Shown here one piece after another: positions 1-8,876 of a DNA stretch of 64,000 bases (positions are counted from its first letter, which is position 1; each line of letters begins with the position of its first letter). The stretch lies in NCBI GenBank assembly GCA_018063165.1, contig JAGOQU010000005.1:1674-65673 (forward strand), written 5' to 3'. A program made the position numbers and the translations under genes. The notes beneath the pieces were generated by a model. The model did not search any database and had not been told where the DNA came from. It worked only from the letters and a program-made list of their open reading frames with translations. The stretch is from Minisyncoccota bacterium. Its GTDB lineage: Bacteria > Patescibacteriota > Minisyncoccia > Phycocordibacterales > UBA5272.

Positions 1-60
1 GCACGTCGTTGCCAACCAAGGATTTTAAGTCCTTTATGTCTACCATTCCATCACCCGGGC
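1..60 (-). tRNA. tRNA-Leu(TAA), 5' portion only (gene runs off the window start)
   Basis: Reverse complement of 1-60 reads GCCCGGGTGATGGAATGGTAGACATAAAGGACTTAAAATCCTTGG...: acceptor, D-arm, anticodon stem AAGGA/TCCTT, loop CTTAAAA (anticodon TAA), start of a long variable arm. Confidence 0.6.
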
Positions 61-125
61 ATATTTTTTTAATAAACAAAATAACAAAACATATATTGTT
101 TTATTATTTTCAGCTACCATGTAAC

Positions 126-201
126 TGGAGACGCGGGTGGGATTTGAACCCACGAATGGCGGTTTTGCAAACCGCAGCGTTGAACCCCTTCGCCACCGCG
201 T
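126..201 (-). tRNA. tRNA-Cys(GCA)
   Basis: Reverse complement gives acceptor GACGCGG/CCGCGTC, anticodon loop TTGCAAA (GCA), T-arm GGTTCAAATCC, terminal CCA encoded. Confidence 0.8.
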
Positions 202-298
202 CTTATGTATATATGAACAGTATATATTCTATCATAAAAAAACAGAAGACTCTAGAAAAAAAATATATAATATGGTATAGTATACAAGTTATGTCAAT

Positions 299-371
299 GC
301 CCCTATAGCTCAGCTGGTAGAGCATCGGACTCTTAATCCGCAGGTCGTAGGTTCGATCCCTACTGGGGGCA
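299..371 (+). tRNA. tRNA-Lys(CTT)
   Basis: GCCCCTATAGCTCAGCTGGTAGAGCATCGGACTCTTAATCCGCAGGTCGTAGGTTCGATCCCTACTGGGGGCA: acceptor GCCCCTA/TGGGGGC, anticodon loop CTCTTAA, T-loop TTCGATC. Confidence 0.8.
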
Positions 372-380
372 CATACATTA

Positions 381-411
381 AAAAATACAGGTTCTTCCTG
401 TATTTTTTAAT
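381..411 (+). terminator. hairpin + T-run after tRNA-Lys
   Basis: aaaaatacagg-ttcttc-cctgtattttttaa inverted repeat followed by Ts. Confidence 0.6.
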
Positions 412-427
412 GTACAGTGACAACAGA

Positions 428-527
428 GAAAGTGACCTGCGTCACTTTCGTTAGGGATCGAATAGGGTTCGCGAACCTGCTTCGAGCAAAGCGAGGCAGG
501 TTTGTGAACGATCCCTACTGGGGGCAC
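428..527 (+). repeat. tRNA-linked structured element, copy 1
   Basis: Hairpin gaaagtgaCCTGCGtcactttc, core ttagggatcgaatagggttcgcgaacctgcttcgagcaaagcgaggcaggtttgtgaacg, then a copy of the tRNA-Lys 3' end gatccctactgggggca. Followed by its own terminator-like hairpin at 535-568. Confidence 0.6.
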
Positions 528-577
528 TATAATAAAAACATCTCTCATGTATTCGTGAGAGATGTTTTTATTATTAG

Positions 578-687
578 TAACAACAGAACACGACACCTGC
601 GTGTCGTGTGTTAGGGATCGAATAGGGTTCGCGAACATGCTTCGAGCAAAGCAAGGCAGGTTTGTGAACGATCCCTACTGGGAGCAC
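578..687 (+). repeat. tRNA-linked structured element, copy 2 (tandem)
   Basis: Hairpin acacgacaCCTGCGtgtcgtgt: same loop, fully compensatory stem change versus copy 1. Same core with 3 substitutions. Ends gatccctactgggagca. Terminator-like hairpin at 699-735. Confidence 0.6.
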
Positions 688-838
688 AGAAGTAAAGTAA
701 AAATCCACTTGGATTACCGAGTGGATTTATACTTTACATGTAAACCATTTTACTTTTGCACTGTTGTACGTGACGCAGAATAGTACGATAAATTTTTATC
801 TATAAACACTAATCACATATTTCTGATATAATTCTTAC

Positions 839-1540
839 ATGAAACTATTACTTACCTCAAACGGTATTACAAGTCCTGAAATTGAACAGGCATTTGAAAA
901 ATTAATAAATGATCGTACTAATTTAAAAGTTGCTATTATACCCACTGCAAGTGATCCAATTGAGTGGATTTTAGAAAAAGAAGGTGATGTCGCTCCATAT
1001 GATAGCGTTGCAAAATTAACAAAAGTGCGAGATGGTTTTGAAAATTGGCCACTTTATCTCTATTATAAAAATAAAGGTTTTGATGTCATCTTTGTTGATT
1101 TAAAGGAAGATCCACAAAGTATTAAAGAAAAACTACTTACTGTAGATATTATAGACATACCTGGTGGAGATGGAAATTGGTTACTCGATTGGGCAAAGAA
1201 ATCTGGTATTAGAGAATATTTAAAAGATCTTCTTGATAATGGTGTTATCTACATAGCCTCAAGTGCTGGAAATGGACTACTTATGCCTGATATTGGTCTT
1301 ACATGGTGGAACAAGAGATGGAAATTAGATCGTATTGGATTCGGAATAATTAACTTTGCTTTAGCTGTTCATCAAAATGAAAATGATTTAGTAAAAAATA
1401 AAAATAATCTTATTGAACTAAAAAAGAATTATCAAGCAGAATTTCCATGGAAAATATTTTTAGTGCAAGATGGTCAAGCAATTCTGGTTGATGGAGATAC
1501 AGTAGAACATATAGGTCCTGGAACAAAGGAATCAATCTAA
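839..1540 (+). CDS. peptidase E-like (S51 family) protein
   Basis: N-terminus MKLLLTSNGI... and overall layout typical of dipeptidase E / S51 family. 233 aa. Confidence 0.5.
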   Translation: MKLLLTSNGITSPEIEQAFEKLINDRTNLKVAIIPTASDPIEWILEKEGDVAPYDSVAKLTKVRDGFENWPLYLYYKNKGFDVIFVDLKEDPQSIKEKLLTVDIIDIPGGDGNWLLDWAKKSGIREYLKDLLDNGVIYIASSAGNGLLMPDIGLTWWNKRWKLDRIGFGIINFALAVHQNENDLVKNKNNLIELKKNYQAEFPWKIFLVQDGQAILVDGDTVEHIGPGTKESI

Positions 1541-1716
1541 ACATGAGAGTTGGTCGAGAACTGATCCCCTAAATATCAACTAACATACATTGAACGATAA
1601 AGGTATTAAAAGGTTGTGCCACATTTCAATACATAATAAAAAAAACTCGCAATACTGTATTGCGAGTTTTTGTAGTTATGTATACAAAAATGTTTATTTG
1701 TATTCTAACAACATTA

Positions 1717-2088
1717 TCAGGAAAAAATCTGAACTTTCATGTCGTTATATGCCTCACTTTGAGTAAGACACATAACAGCAGTTGCGCTGAGCGCCTTTTG
1801 AAATTTCGACATATCAGTCAAATCTTTTCCCATACTATATGATATAGGATCACCTATAGCTTTATGCCATTGATTACACACATGAGGTTTTTCACCATGA
1901 GGATTCTCGATTCGATGATCATCAAAAATAACAAAACGAACATGACCATCAGGAAGAGTACACTTTACTGTCACACACCTAACACTCTCTTTAATAGAAA
2001 ATGTAAATCCTTCAAGAAGACATAGTTCTAGGATACGCTGTTTGTTTTCATTAAGAAAATCACTGAAAGATTTCTTAACAGTCTGCAT
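1717..2088 (-). CDS. hypothetical protein
   Basis: ORF with a plausible start at MQTVKK. No family recognised. Confidence 0.3.
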   Translation of the reverse strand: MQTVKKSFSDFLNENKQRILELCLLEGFTFSIKESVRCVTVKCTLPDGHVRFVIFDDHRIENPHGEKPHVCNQWHKAIGDPISYSMGKDLTDMSKFQKALSATAVMCLTQSEAYNDMKVQIFS

Positions 2089-2425
2089 AGTTAAGTACTC
2101 CGTTTTGTGTTTGAAACTGAAAAAGAACAGCATTAAAACCGACAGGAGGATCAACAATTACATCACAACAATTTGCAAAAATTATTTTTTTACCATCAAA
2201 TAATTTTTCTTCAAGAACTTGTCTCATGCCGTCAGCGACCACACGTTTAATTTGTGCAGCGCATGCAGTTTTTGGATCTTCTTTGTAATGAATACCGACA
2301 GACAGATCTTTAAACCATTTATATGCAAGAGGAAGATCTGTTTTAATAGCTTCGAAAAGCGTATCTTTTAGTTGTTCTTCACTCATACAAGTGGTATCAA
2401 CATGGGCAATTGATGGGAGCGACAT
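2075..2425 (-). CDS. hypothetical protein
   Basis: ORF with a plausible start at MSLPSIAHV. Overlaps the downstream gene by ~14 nt. Confidence 0.3.
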   Translation of the reverse strand: MSLPSIAHVDTTCMSEEQLKDTLFEAIKTDLPLAYKWFKDLSVGIHYKEDPKTACAAQIKRVVADGMRQVLEEKLFDGKKIIFANCCDVIVDPPVGFNAVLFQFQTQNGVLNYADC

Positions 2426-2509
2426 ATACACACCTCTTTCTATTTGGTTACGTAAAAGGAACACTCAAACACTACAACTTTATTATATAAAGATGTAGTG
2501 TAAAGAATA

Positions 2510-3346
2510 TTACTTTGCTGTTTTCATTTCTTGAAAAGATTTAATAGAAGCTAAATTACCTCTTTTTCTCAATTGTTTAACCTTTTCAAGAATCAGAGAC
2601 ATGGCTTCTTTTGTTTCTTTCTTTACACTATCATATTCATAATTCATTATATTTTCATCAAAAGGAATTCTTCCTAATATCAAATTGCTATTATTGGCAA
2701 CAAAATTTTTATAGAAATCATTATCTACAGGTTTATTAATAACAGCAAAACATGGAATAAGAGACTTGCGACAAATATCTTGAATTTGTTCAAATACTTT
2801 AATGCTATTACGATGAGGCTCTACTACACCAATCACCGCATCAATACCAGCATACAAACCATAATTGAGCATATCAGCACCAGCAACACTATCTATAACA
2901 ACAAAATCATCTTTCTCATCAAGAAGACCCAAATAATACTTCAGTGGCCCAGAAAGTCCATGAGCACATTTACCAGAAAACATAACTTCAGGAGACCCAA
3001 GACCAATATTAATTAATGAAATAGTATCACTTACGTTTGCAGAAATACTAGCTGTATATGTATCTTGTGGTCGCATAGTAAAAGAAGGTAGTGATGTAGC
3101 ATCTTTAGTAAGAACGCTACTTACTTTTCCTTCTTCCAAAACACCGACATGTTCCATAAACTCTCTTTCAGTTTTATGCATCAAAGGAGTATTCTCAGGA
3201 TTAAGACCAAGATTACTTGTCAGATCCATATTATGATCAGCATCAACAGCAAGCACAAAAGAACCATTATCTTCTAATGTTCTTACTGCGAGCCATGACA
3301 CAGAGCTTTTTCCACTCCCCCCTTTTCCTACAAATGCTATTTTCAT
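2510..3346 (-). CDS. MinD/ParA/CooC-family P-loop ATPase
   Basis: N-terminal Walker A KIAFVGKGGSGKSS (deviant Walker A with the second Lys). 278 aa. Confidence 0.6.
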   Translation of the reverse strand: MKIAFVGKGGSGKSSVSWLAVRTLEDNGSFVLAVDADHNMDLTSNLGLNPENTPLMHKTEREFMEHVGVLEEGKVSSVLTKDATSLPSFTMRPQDTYTASISANVSDTISLINIGLGSPEVMFSGKCAHGLSGPLKYYLGLLDEKDDFVVIDSVAGADMLNYGLYAGIDAVIGVVEPHRNSIKVFEQIQDICRKSLIPCFAVINKPVDNDFYKNFVANNSNLILGRIPFDENIMNYEYDSVKKETKEAMSLILEKVKQLRKRGNLASIKSFQEMKTAK

Positions 3347-3380
3347 ATACTATATATACTACAATATATATCTATATATT

Positions 3381-3393
3381 GCAACTAAGTTGC
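3381..3393. promoter_or_regulatory. palindrome GCAACTAAGTTGC in the divergent promoter region upstream of the fur-family gene
   Basis: Perfect 6-1-6 inverted repeat between divergently transcribed genes. Candidate operator. Confidence 0.3.
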
Positions 3394-3416
3394 GTTAGTG
3401 ATAGAATACTTTCATC

Positions 3417-3845
3417 ATGAAATCGAAAGATACACTTATATCTGAAGCAATTTTGAAAGACAATGGATATCGTGTCACATCAGGAAGAATTGCTTTACTT
3501 ACTTTTTTAAGAAACATAAAAAAACCTGTAACCGTAAAAGATGTTCAAGAAGAACTTACTTATAGCATAGATAAAGTTACTCTATATAGAGCGCTTGAGG
3601 ATTTTACACAATCAAAAATAGTAATAAAAATAAATTTACAAAGCCCTGTTACGTATTATGAATTCCTATATAAGGATCACCATCACCATCATATTATTTG
3701 TGAAAAATGTGGAAAAATAGAAGATATAACAACATGTAATCAACATTCATTGCAAAAAGAAATGCTTACAAAATCACATAATTTTAAAAGTATTACATCT
3801 CATTCTCTTGAATTTTTTGGTATATGTAAAACATGTACACAGTAA
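3417..3845 (+). CDS. Fur-family metalloregulator (Fur/Zur/PerR)
   Basis: RVTSGRIALLTFL...VTLYRALEDF winged helix, then HHHHHIICEKCGKIED metal-binding segment and a C-terminal CxxC. Confidence 0.8.
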   Translation: MKSKDTLISEAILKDNGYRVTSGRIALLTFLRNIKKPVTVKDVQEELTYSIDKVTLYRALEDFTQSKIVIKINLQSPVTYYEFLYKDHHHHHIICEKCGKIEDITTCNQHSLQKEMLTKSHNFKSITSHSLEFFGICKTCTQ

Positions 3846-3863
3846 ACGTGTATACTTATACAT

Positions 3864-4991
3864 ATGAACTACAAAACAATACTTTTTTTACTATTCTGTA
3901 CTATATTCCTTGTGCCACACACAAGTTACGCAGAAGCTACACTTGTTATTGATAAAGAGGTATTTCAAAAAGCAAAAGTACTTGAAATAAAAAATCAAGC
4001 CACTAGCACTATTCCTGGAACTGATATTCTTTCTCATACCCAAGTAATTAAAATGAAAGTTTTAGATGGCGAGAACCTTGGAAAAGAAGTAACGTTTCAA
4101 AATGATTACACACAATTACATGAAGGTGATATTTTTTATGTTAGACATCAAACTAATCACCTCGATAATTCTGAATACTGGTCAGTGTCTGACCCCTACA
4201 GACTAGATAGCCTTCTACTGCTTACATTTATTTTTATAGCTCTTATATTTATTTTTGGAGGAATGCAAGGTGTTAGAGGGTTGGCAAGTTTAATAGGAAG
4301 TTTTGTTCTTATTTTTTATTTACTAATTCCTGGAATTTATGGAGGATATAACGCAATACTTATAAGTATAGGAGTTGCGTCTCTAATTATTATAGTTGGT
4401 TCTTATATTACACATGGTTTTAACAGGACCACATCTTCTGCAGTACTTGGTATGATTATTACAGTTATTATTACTGGTATAGGTGCTTACTATATAGTAC
4501 ACAAAACTCATTTAAGTGGTTACAGTTCTGAAGAAAGCACTTTCCTTACTCTTAATACTCGTGGTGCAATCGATATGATAGGGCTTCTTTTTAGTGGTAT
4601 CATGATTGGTCTTCTTGGTGTTCTTTATGATATTGCAATTGGACAAGCTATTGCTATCGAAGAATTATTTCGTGCAGGTAAACATCTTACACGTTTACAG
4701 GTATACAAAAGAGGTATACGAATTGGGAGAGAACACATAGGGGCACTTGTGAACACACTAGCAATTGCATATGTTGGAGCATCTCTACCTCTTTTATTAC
4801 TTATACAAAACTCAACAACTGATATTCTTTTTATTCTAAACAGTGAAGTCTTTTCAACTGAAATAATACGTATTCTTGTGGGAAGCATAGGGCTTGTTCT
4901 TGCTGTTCCTATTACAACACTTATAGCATCATATATGCTTCACGGAAGAAATTTAGAAAACACCGAAAGTCATCACGATCACACACACTAA
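3864..4991 (+). CDS. YibE/F-like polytopic membrane protein
   Basis: Signal/TM N-terminus, soluble N-domain, then ~7 hydrophobic helices and a His-rich C-terminus (HHDHTH). Located directly downstream of the Fur-family gene. Confidence 0.4.
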   Translation: MNYKTILFLLFCTIFLVPHTSYAEATLVIDKEVFQKAKVLEIKNQATSTIPGTDILSHTQVIKMKVLDGENLGKEVTFQNDYTQLHEGDIFYVRHQTNHLDNSEYWSVSDPYRLDSLLLLTFIFIALIFIFGGMQGVRGLASLIGSFVLIFYLLIPGIYGGYNAILISIGVASLIIIVGSYITHGFNRTTSSAVLGMIITVIITGIGAYYIVHKTHLSGYSSEESTFLTLNTRGAIDMIGLLFSGIMIGLLGVLYDIAIGQAIAIEELFRAGKHLTRLQVYKRGIRIGREHIGALVNTLAIAYVGASLPLLLLIQNSTTDILFILNSEVFSTEIIRILVGSIGLVLAVPITTLIASYMLHGRNLENTESHHDHTH

Positions 4992-5011
4992 AAATACATT
5001 GTATGTATATT

Positions 5012-5704
5012 TTATAAAATAAATATATCATCAAAAGGAACAGAAAAATCAAACACATCTCCTCTGTATACAAAAGAAAGTTTTTCAGCATGAAGCATAA
5101 TTCTTTTCGATGAAACAGAACTACCGTAAGCTATATCTCCAAGTATAGGATGACCAATAGAAGACATATGCGCTCTAAGTTGATGTGTTCTTCCGGTTTT
5201 TGGCATAAGTCTTACATGAGTAGTAGACACGTCTCGTAATATGACTTCAACATCAGTAATAGCACTTCTCGCCTCGCCTCGTATACGATGCAATTCCGTT
5301 GTTTGTTTGTAATCTTTTTTACCACGTCCAAGAGGAGCCTCTATTGTAAATGAATCTTCTTCTATTACCCCCTCAACACGCGCTATATATGTTTTCTGTG
5401 TACTATGATTTCTAAATTGTAAACGTAATTCATTAAAAGAATCTATGTGTTTAGCTATCACCATAACGCCAGAAGTATCTCTATCTAATTTATGTACAAT
5501 ACCACCAAGAGAAATATCTCTTCCATCTTGAAGAGTTACTGAATTATCAATAAGAAAAATATTAGGATATTTTTCTTTTAAAAAATCCATGAGTGTATAC
5601 TCTGTAGAATAATCAAAAGGATGTACAACAAGGCCAGACGGTTTATCTATGATTATAAAATCTTCATTTTCAAAAATAAGTAGAGGTATATGAGTATTTT
5701 CCAT
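5012..5704 (-). CDS. RluA-family pseudouridine synthase
   Basis: HKLDRDTSG catalytic Asp motif and KTGRTHQLRAH motif. Start inferred at MENTHIP. Confidence 0.85.
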   Translation of the reverse strand: MENTHIPLLIFENEDFIIIDKPSGLVVHPFDYSTEYTLMDFLKEKYPNIFLIDNSVTLQDGRDISLGGIVHKLDRDTSGVMVIAKHIDSFNELRLQFRNHSTQKTYIARVEGVIEEDSFTIEAPLGRGKKDYKQTTELHRIRGEARSAITDVEVILRDVSTTHVRLMPKTGRTHQLRAHMSSIGHPILGDIAYGSSVSSKRIMLHAEKLSFVYRGDVFDFSVPFDDIFIL

Positions 5705-5772
5705 GTACACTCGCACTATATCATAATTTCGTGTATAATCTCTAGACACACGTAATTATGTGTTAAAAAATA

Positions 5773-5854
5773 AGCCCGGGTGGCGAAATTGGTAGACGCA
5801 CTTGCCTTAGGAGCAAGCGCCGCAAGGCATGAAGGTTCAAGTCCTTTCCCGGGC
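5773..5854 (+). tRNA. tRNA-Leu(TAG)
   Basis: GCCCGGGTGGCGAAATTGGTAGACGCACTTGCCTTAGGAGCAAG + long variable arm CGCCGCAAGGCATG + GGTTCAAGTCCTTTCCCGGGCA. Confidence 0.8.
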
Positions 5855-5867
5855 ACAAAAAATAATG

Positions 5868-5900
5868 AACGCAACGTAACACGTTGCGTGATTTATTTTT
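5868..5900 (+). terminator. hairpin + T-run after tRNA-Leu(TAG)
   Basis: gaacgcaacgt-aaca-cgttgcgtga followed by tttatttttt. Confidence 0.6.
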
Positions 5901-6065
5901 TACCCGGGAAAGGACTTGAACTGAGACACTAGCGAAGCCAGTTTTTGAATCAGCAGATTCACGGCTTGGCCGTAAAAACTGTTGTGTCGAAGTCGGGGTC
6001 GCGAAACAATACTTTTACAAATGTATTCATTGTGTAAAAGTATATGTTTGGTGACCAAGTCCTGT
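5901..6065 (+). repeat. divergent tRNA-linked structured element (antisense copy of the tRNA-Leu 3' end plus family core)
   Basis: acccgggaaaggacttgaac is the exact reverse complement of the last 20 nt of tRNA-Leu(TAG). Downstream are ggggtcgcgaaac, a hairpin, then tttggtgaccaagtcct resembling the tRNA T-arm. Confidence 0.45.
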
Positions 6066-6118
6066 GACCTGCTGATTACTATTTGTGGACCACAAATAAT
6101 GCTAGTATATATGGATAA

Positions 6119-7003
6119 ATGAGAGAATATGTTAAAAAGTTAATTCTCAATATAGAGAGTGATAAAAGAGTTGCTTTTACTAAAAAGTACCCTTTTTTAC
6201 TTTTCCCGGTAATAGAAATGAAGAGGTTCTATAAAAAAGTAAACTATACATATCCTAATTCTTATAATTTAAAGCATACGAAAGTCTCAGTAGACCAAAA
6301 GTGGTTTCATATCACCGATCATTCCTCACCTTTATATAGAAAATATAACAAACGAGAATTAGATGATGGTAAAATTAAAAATATAAAAATTGCTATACAG
6401 AAAATTGATGGTCTTATATTAGAACCAAATCAAATATTTTCTTTTTGGAAACATGTAGGCAGAACGAGTAAAAATAGAGGCTTCTTAAAAGGTATAGTAT
6501 TATCTGATGGTAATTTAAAAGAAGATTTTGGTGGAGGTCTTTGTCAGTTATCTAATTTAATTGCATACATGTTCGCTTGTAGTGAGTGTACTTTTATAGA
6601 AAGAAAACATCACTCGAGAGATGTTTTTCCTGATAGCGGTAGAAATATTCCGTTTGCTAGTGGTGCAACTGTTTTTTATAATTTAATAGATTTAAAAATA
6701 AAAAATACATATAATTTCCCAATACGAATTAACATAAGAACTACTGATACACAATTAAGAGGTTCTTTATCTTCACCAAAACAACTTGATTATGAAGTAA
6801 AATTAGAAGAAAAAAATACAGGGTTTTTTAGATCATCAAGAACTAATCTGGTATACAGGTATAATCAATTATTGAGAGTATTTTATAAAAAAGGTAATTC
6901 AAAATTAGAAAAAGAAAAAATAAAAGAAGTCTTACTTTGGGAGAATATAGCAAAAGTTATATATAAAAGTAGTGAAATAAAAAAGAACATAGAAATAATT
7001 TAA
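6119..7003 (+). CDS. VanW-like protein
   Basis: GGGLCQLSN motif and length typical of VanW domain proteins. Confidence 0.55.
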   Translation: MREYVKKLILNIESDKRVAFTKKYPFLLFPVIEMKRFYKKVNYTYPNSYNLKHTKVSVDQKWFHITDHSSPLYRKYNKRELDDGKIKNIKIAIQKIDGLILEPNQIFSFWKHVGRTSKNRGFLKGIVLSDGNLKEDFGGGLCQLSNLIAYMFACSECTFIERKHHSRDVFPDSGRNIPFASGATVFYNLIDLKIKNTYNFPIRINIRTTDTQLRGSLSSPKQLDYEVKLEEKNTGFFRSSRTNLVYRYNQLLRVFYKKGNSKLEKEKIKEVLLWENIAKVIYKSSEIKKNIEII

Positions 7004-7058
7004 ACAATACAAAAAAATAAAAACGCAATCATATAATTGCGTTTTTATAACTTTAGTA

Positions 7059-7904
7059 TTAATTAGAGTTAGTATCCCTTCCAAAAATCATAGCATTGTT
7101 ACCGTTACCATGTACTACATATGACATCACTGTTGGGTTAACACCAACCATAGAAGCATACATAGAATACAATTCTACATCTGACATATTAGGAAAACTT
7201 ATTCTTAATGAACTCATTACAGTTTCCATATCTTTATTTCTTGCAAGCATGTCAAACTGTTCCATTGTTTTTTGGTTTACTTCAACAACTTTTGTAGAAA
7301 ACACTTGTATTTCTAAACCGTAAAAATCACTTTCACCAAACACATCTTCCACGGTTTCGGTAATATCCCAATTCGGATAATTAAGAAGAACTTCTCGAGT
7401 GTTACTATGTATATATCTTGCTATGGCTGTCATACAAAAACCAAGAGTCTGTTCCTGAACTCCTTCTTGTGACATTTTTGAAAGAAGTTGTACATTAACA
7501 GGTTTAGCTCTTCCTGTAGCAAATACCATCATTGAATGCCCTTCCATACTTCTATTTTGTGAAGAAACAGTAAAAGAAAAATGCTGTATTGATACTCTCT
7601 TCCATATACTCCAAAATGGCCGTGGTAAGAAAAGAAAATTACCTTCATTCCACACAACACCATTTTGAGCACCAAAAAATAATTGTATACCTTGTTCGTT
7701 TGGAAGTATTGGTAACTCATAACACCACCTTCCATAAAAACCAAACACTATAACACCTAGTGTCTTTGCCAACATATTTTTATTAATATCAAAAAAAAGA
7801 AATGAATACACCCCTTCTCCAGACATATATACATATGTAATAAAACCAAGAAGCAAACCAAAAATTATAACTAATATATGTGCATCTTGTTTAGAAAGTT
7901 TCAT
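7059..7904 (-). CDS. SPFH/band-7-like membrane protein
   Basis: N-terminal TM helix then a domain with a band-7-like pattern (GEGVYSF..F...LAKTLGV...). Weak call. Confidence 0.4.
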   Translation of the reverse strand: MKLSKQDAHILVIIFGLLLGFITYVYMSGEGVYSFLFFDINKNMLAKTLGVIVFGFYGRWCYELPILPNEQGIQLFFGAQNGVVWNEGNFLFLPRPFWSIWKRVSIQHFSFTVSSQNRSMEGHSMMVFATGRAKPVNVQLLSKMSQEGVQEQTLGFCMTAIARYIHSNTREVLLNYPNWDITETVEDVFGESDFYGLEIQVFSTKVVEVNQKTMEQFDMLARNKDMETVMSSLRISFPNMSDVELYSMYASMVGVNPTVMSYVVHGNGNNAMIFGRDTNSN

Positions 7905-8031
7905 ATATATCTCCTTATATGAAAAGAACAATTAACCACTTGAAATACTACTACAAAAGAAACACACTAACAAGTAGTGTGTCAAGAATATGATTGCTTT
8001 TATGCTATTTTATCTGTAGTATACAAAAAGT

Positions 8032-8799
8032 TTGCACATTGTAGACCAAAAGGAGATAGCTATGAGTTTCTTTAAAAATCTAGGAGATGAGCTTGGCACA
8101 GGTTTAGGTAAAGGAATTAATTCTTTTTTTTCATGGATATGTAGATGGGAAAAAGTTGAAGGAGAACATCAACTTCGTACAAATTCATTTAGAATTGCTG
8201 TTATATCATTTATACTTTCTGTTACATTTGTTCCAGGTCTTGTAACTTGCTCTTTCAAACCAAAAGAAACATTAGGTGCATATATTTCTTCTAATAATGA
8301 AAAAAAATATATTACTATAACAGTTCAACTAGGAAATAACGAGGGGTATATATTTCCAAGTGCCGACAGATTCATTCCAAAAGGTGATCATGAAACAATA
8401 TTATATTACTTCTACGAAGACCGTCCTATAGATATTCCTTATTTTTATTATCAAAAAAGAAATGACGCTAAAATTCCATTACTATATGTAAAAAATAATC
8501 TTTGTTCACTTGTACCATATGGGAAAGAAATACTACTAAAAACAGAAATGGTTCCAACATATGTTGCTAACATGAAAAATACTGTTCTCTATGTAAAAAA
8601 GAAAGAAACATTAACATGGTTCGAAAAAATAGAAATGTTTACAAGAGGTCAAGATATTTTTTTAAAAGAAGTCACATGGACTACATTAATAAATACATGG
8701 AGTAATGTAGATGCTAAAAAATACTCAATATTAGCACAAGCACTTGATGTGCATGAACTGGTAGAGAAAAAAGCAGGTGGAGGACTTGTTTGTTTTTAA
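8032..8799 (+). CDS. hypothetical membrane-anchored protein
   Basis: One TM helix (IAVISFILSVTFVPGLV). No family recognised. Confidence 0.4.
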   Translation: MHIVDQKEIAMSFFKNLGDELGTGLGKGINSFFSWICRWEKVEGEHQLRTNSFRIAVISFILSVTFVPGLVTCSFKPKETLGAYISSNNEKKYITITVQLGNNEGYIFPSADRFIPKGDHETILYYFYEDRPIDIPYFYYQKRNDAKIPLLYVKNNLCSLVPYGKEILLKTEMVPTYVANMKNTVLYVKKKETLTWFEKIEMFTRGQDIFLKEVTWTTLINTWSNVDAKKYSILAQALDVHELVEKKAGGGLVCF

Positions 8800-8876
8800 A
8801 TACACAACTCTTTTAAAATGACTATGAATATACATAGTCATTTTATTTTTTTACCTGTTATACTTTTATATAGAAC

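Noticed and set aside
9-308. 99-aa ORF on the plus strand
   Set aside because: Overlaps tRNA-Cys on the opposite strand and runs into tRNA-Lys. Composition is a by-product of the tRNA cluster.
378-783. Three overlapping ORFs (378-638 minus, 417-614 plus, 562-783 plus)
   Set aside because: They lie entirely within the tandem tRNA-linked structured repeats and their terminator hairpins. The repeated amino-acid strings are just translations of the repeat.
1717-2464. Possible single frameshifted gene spanning ORFs 1717-2157 and 2075-2464
   Set aside because: The upstream extension of the 1717-2157 frame (MLILLSVLMLFFFSF...) looks non-coding, and a good start (MQTVKK) lies just after the stop of the upstream ORF. 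Treated as two adjacent genes.
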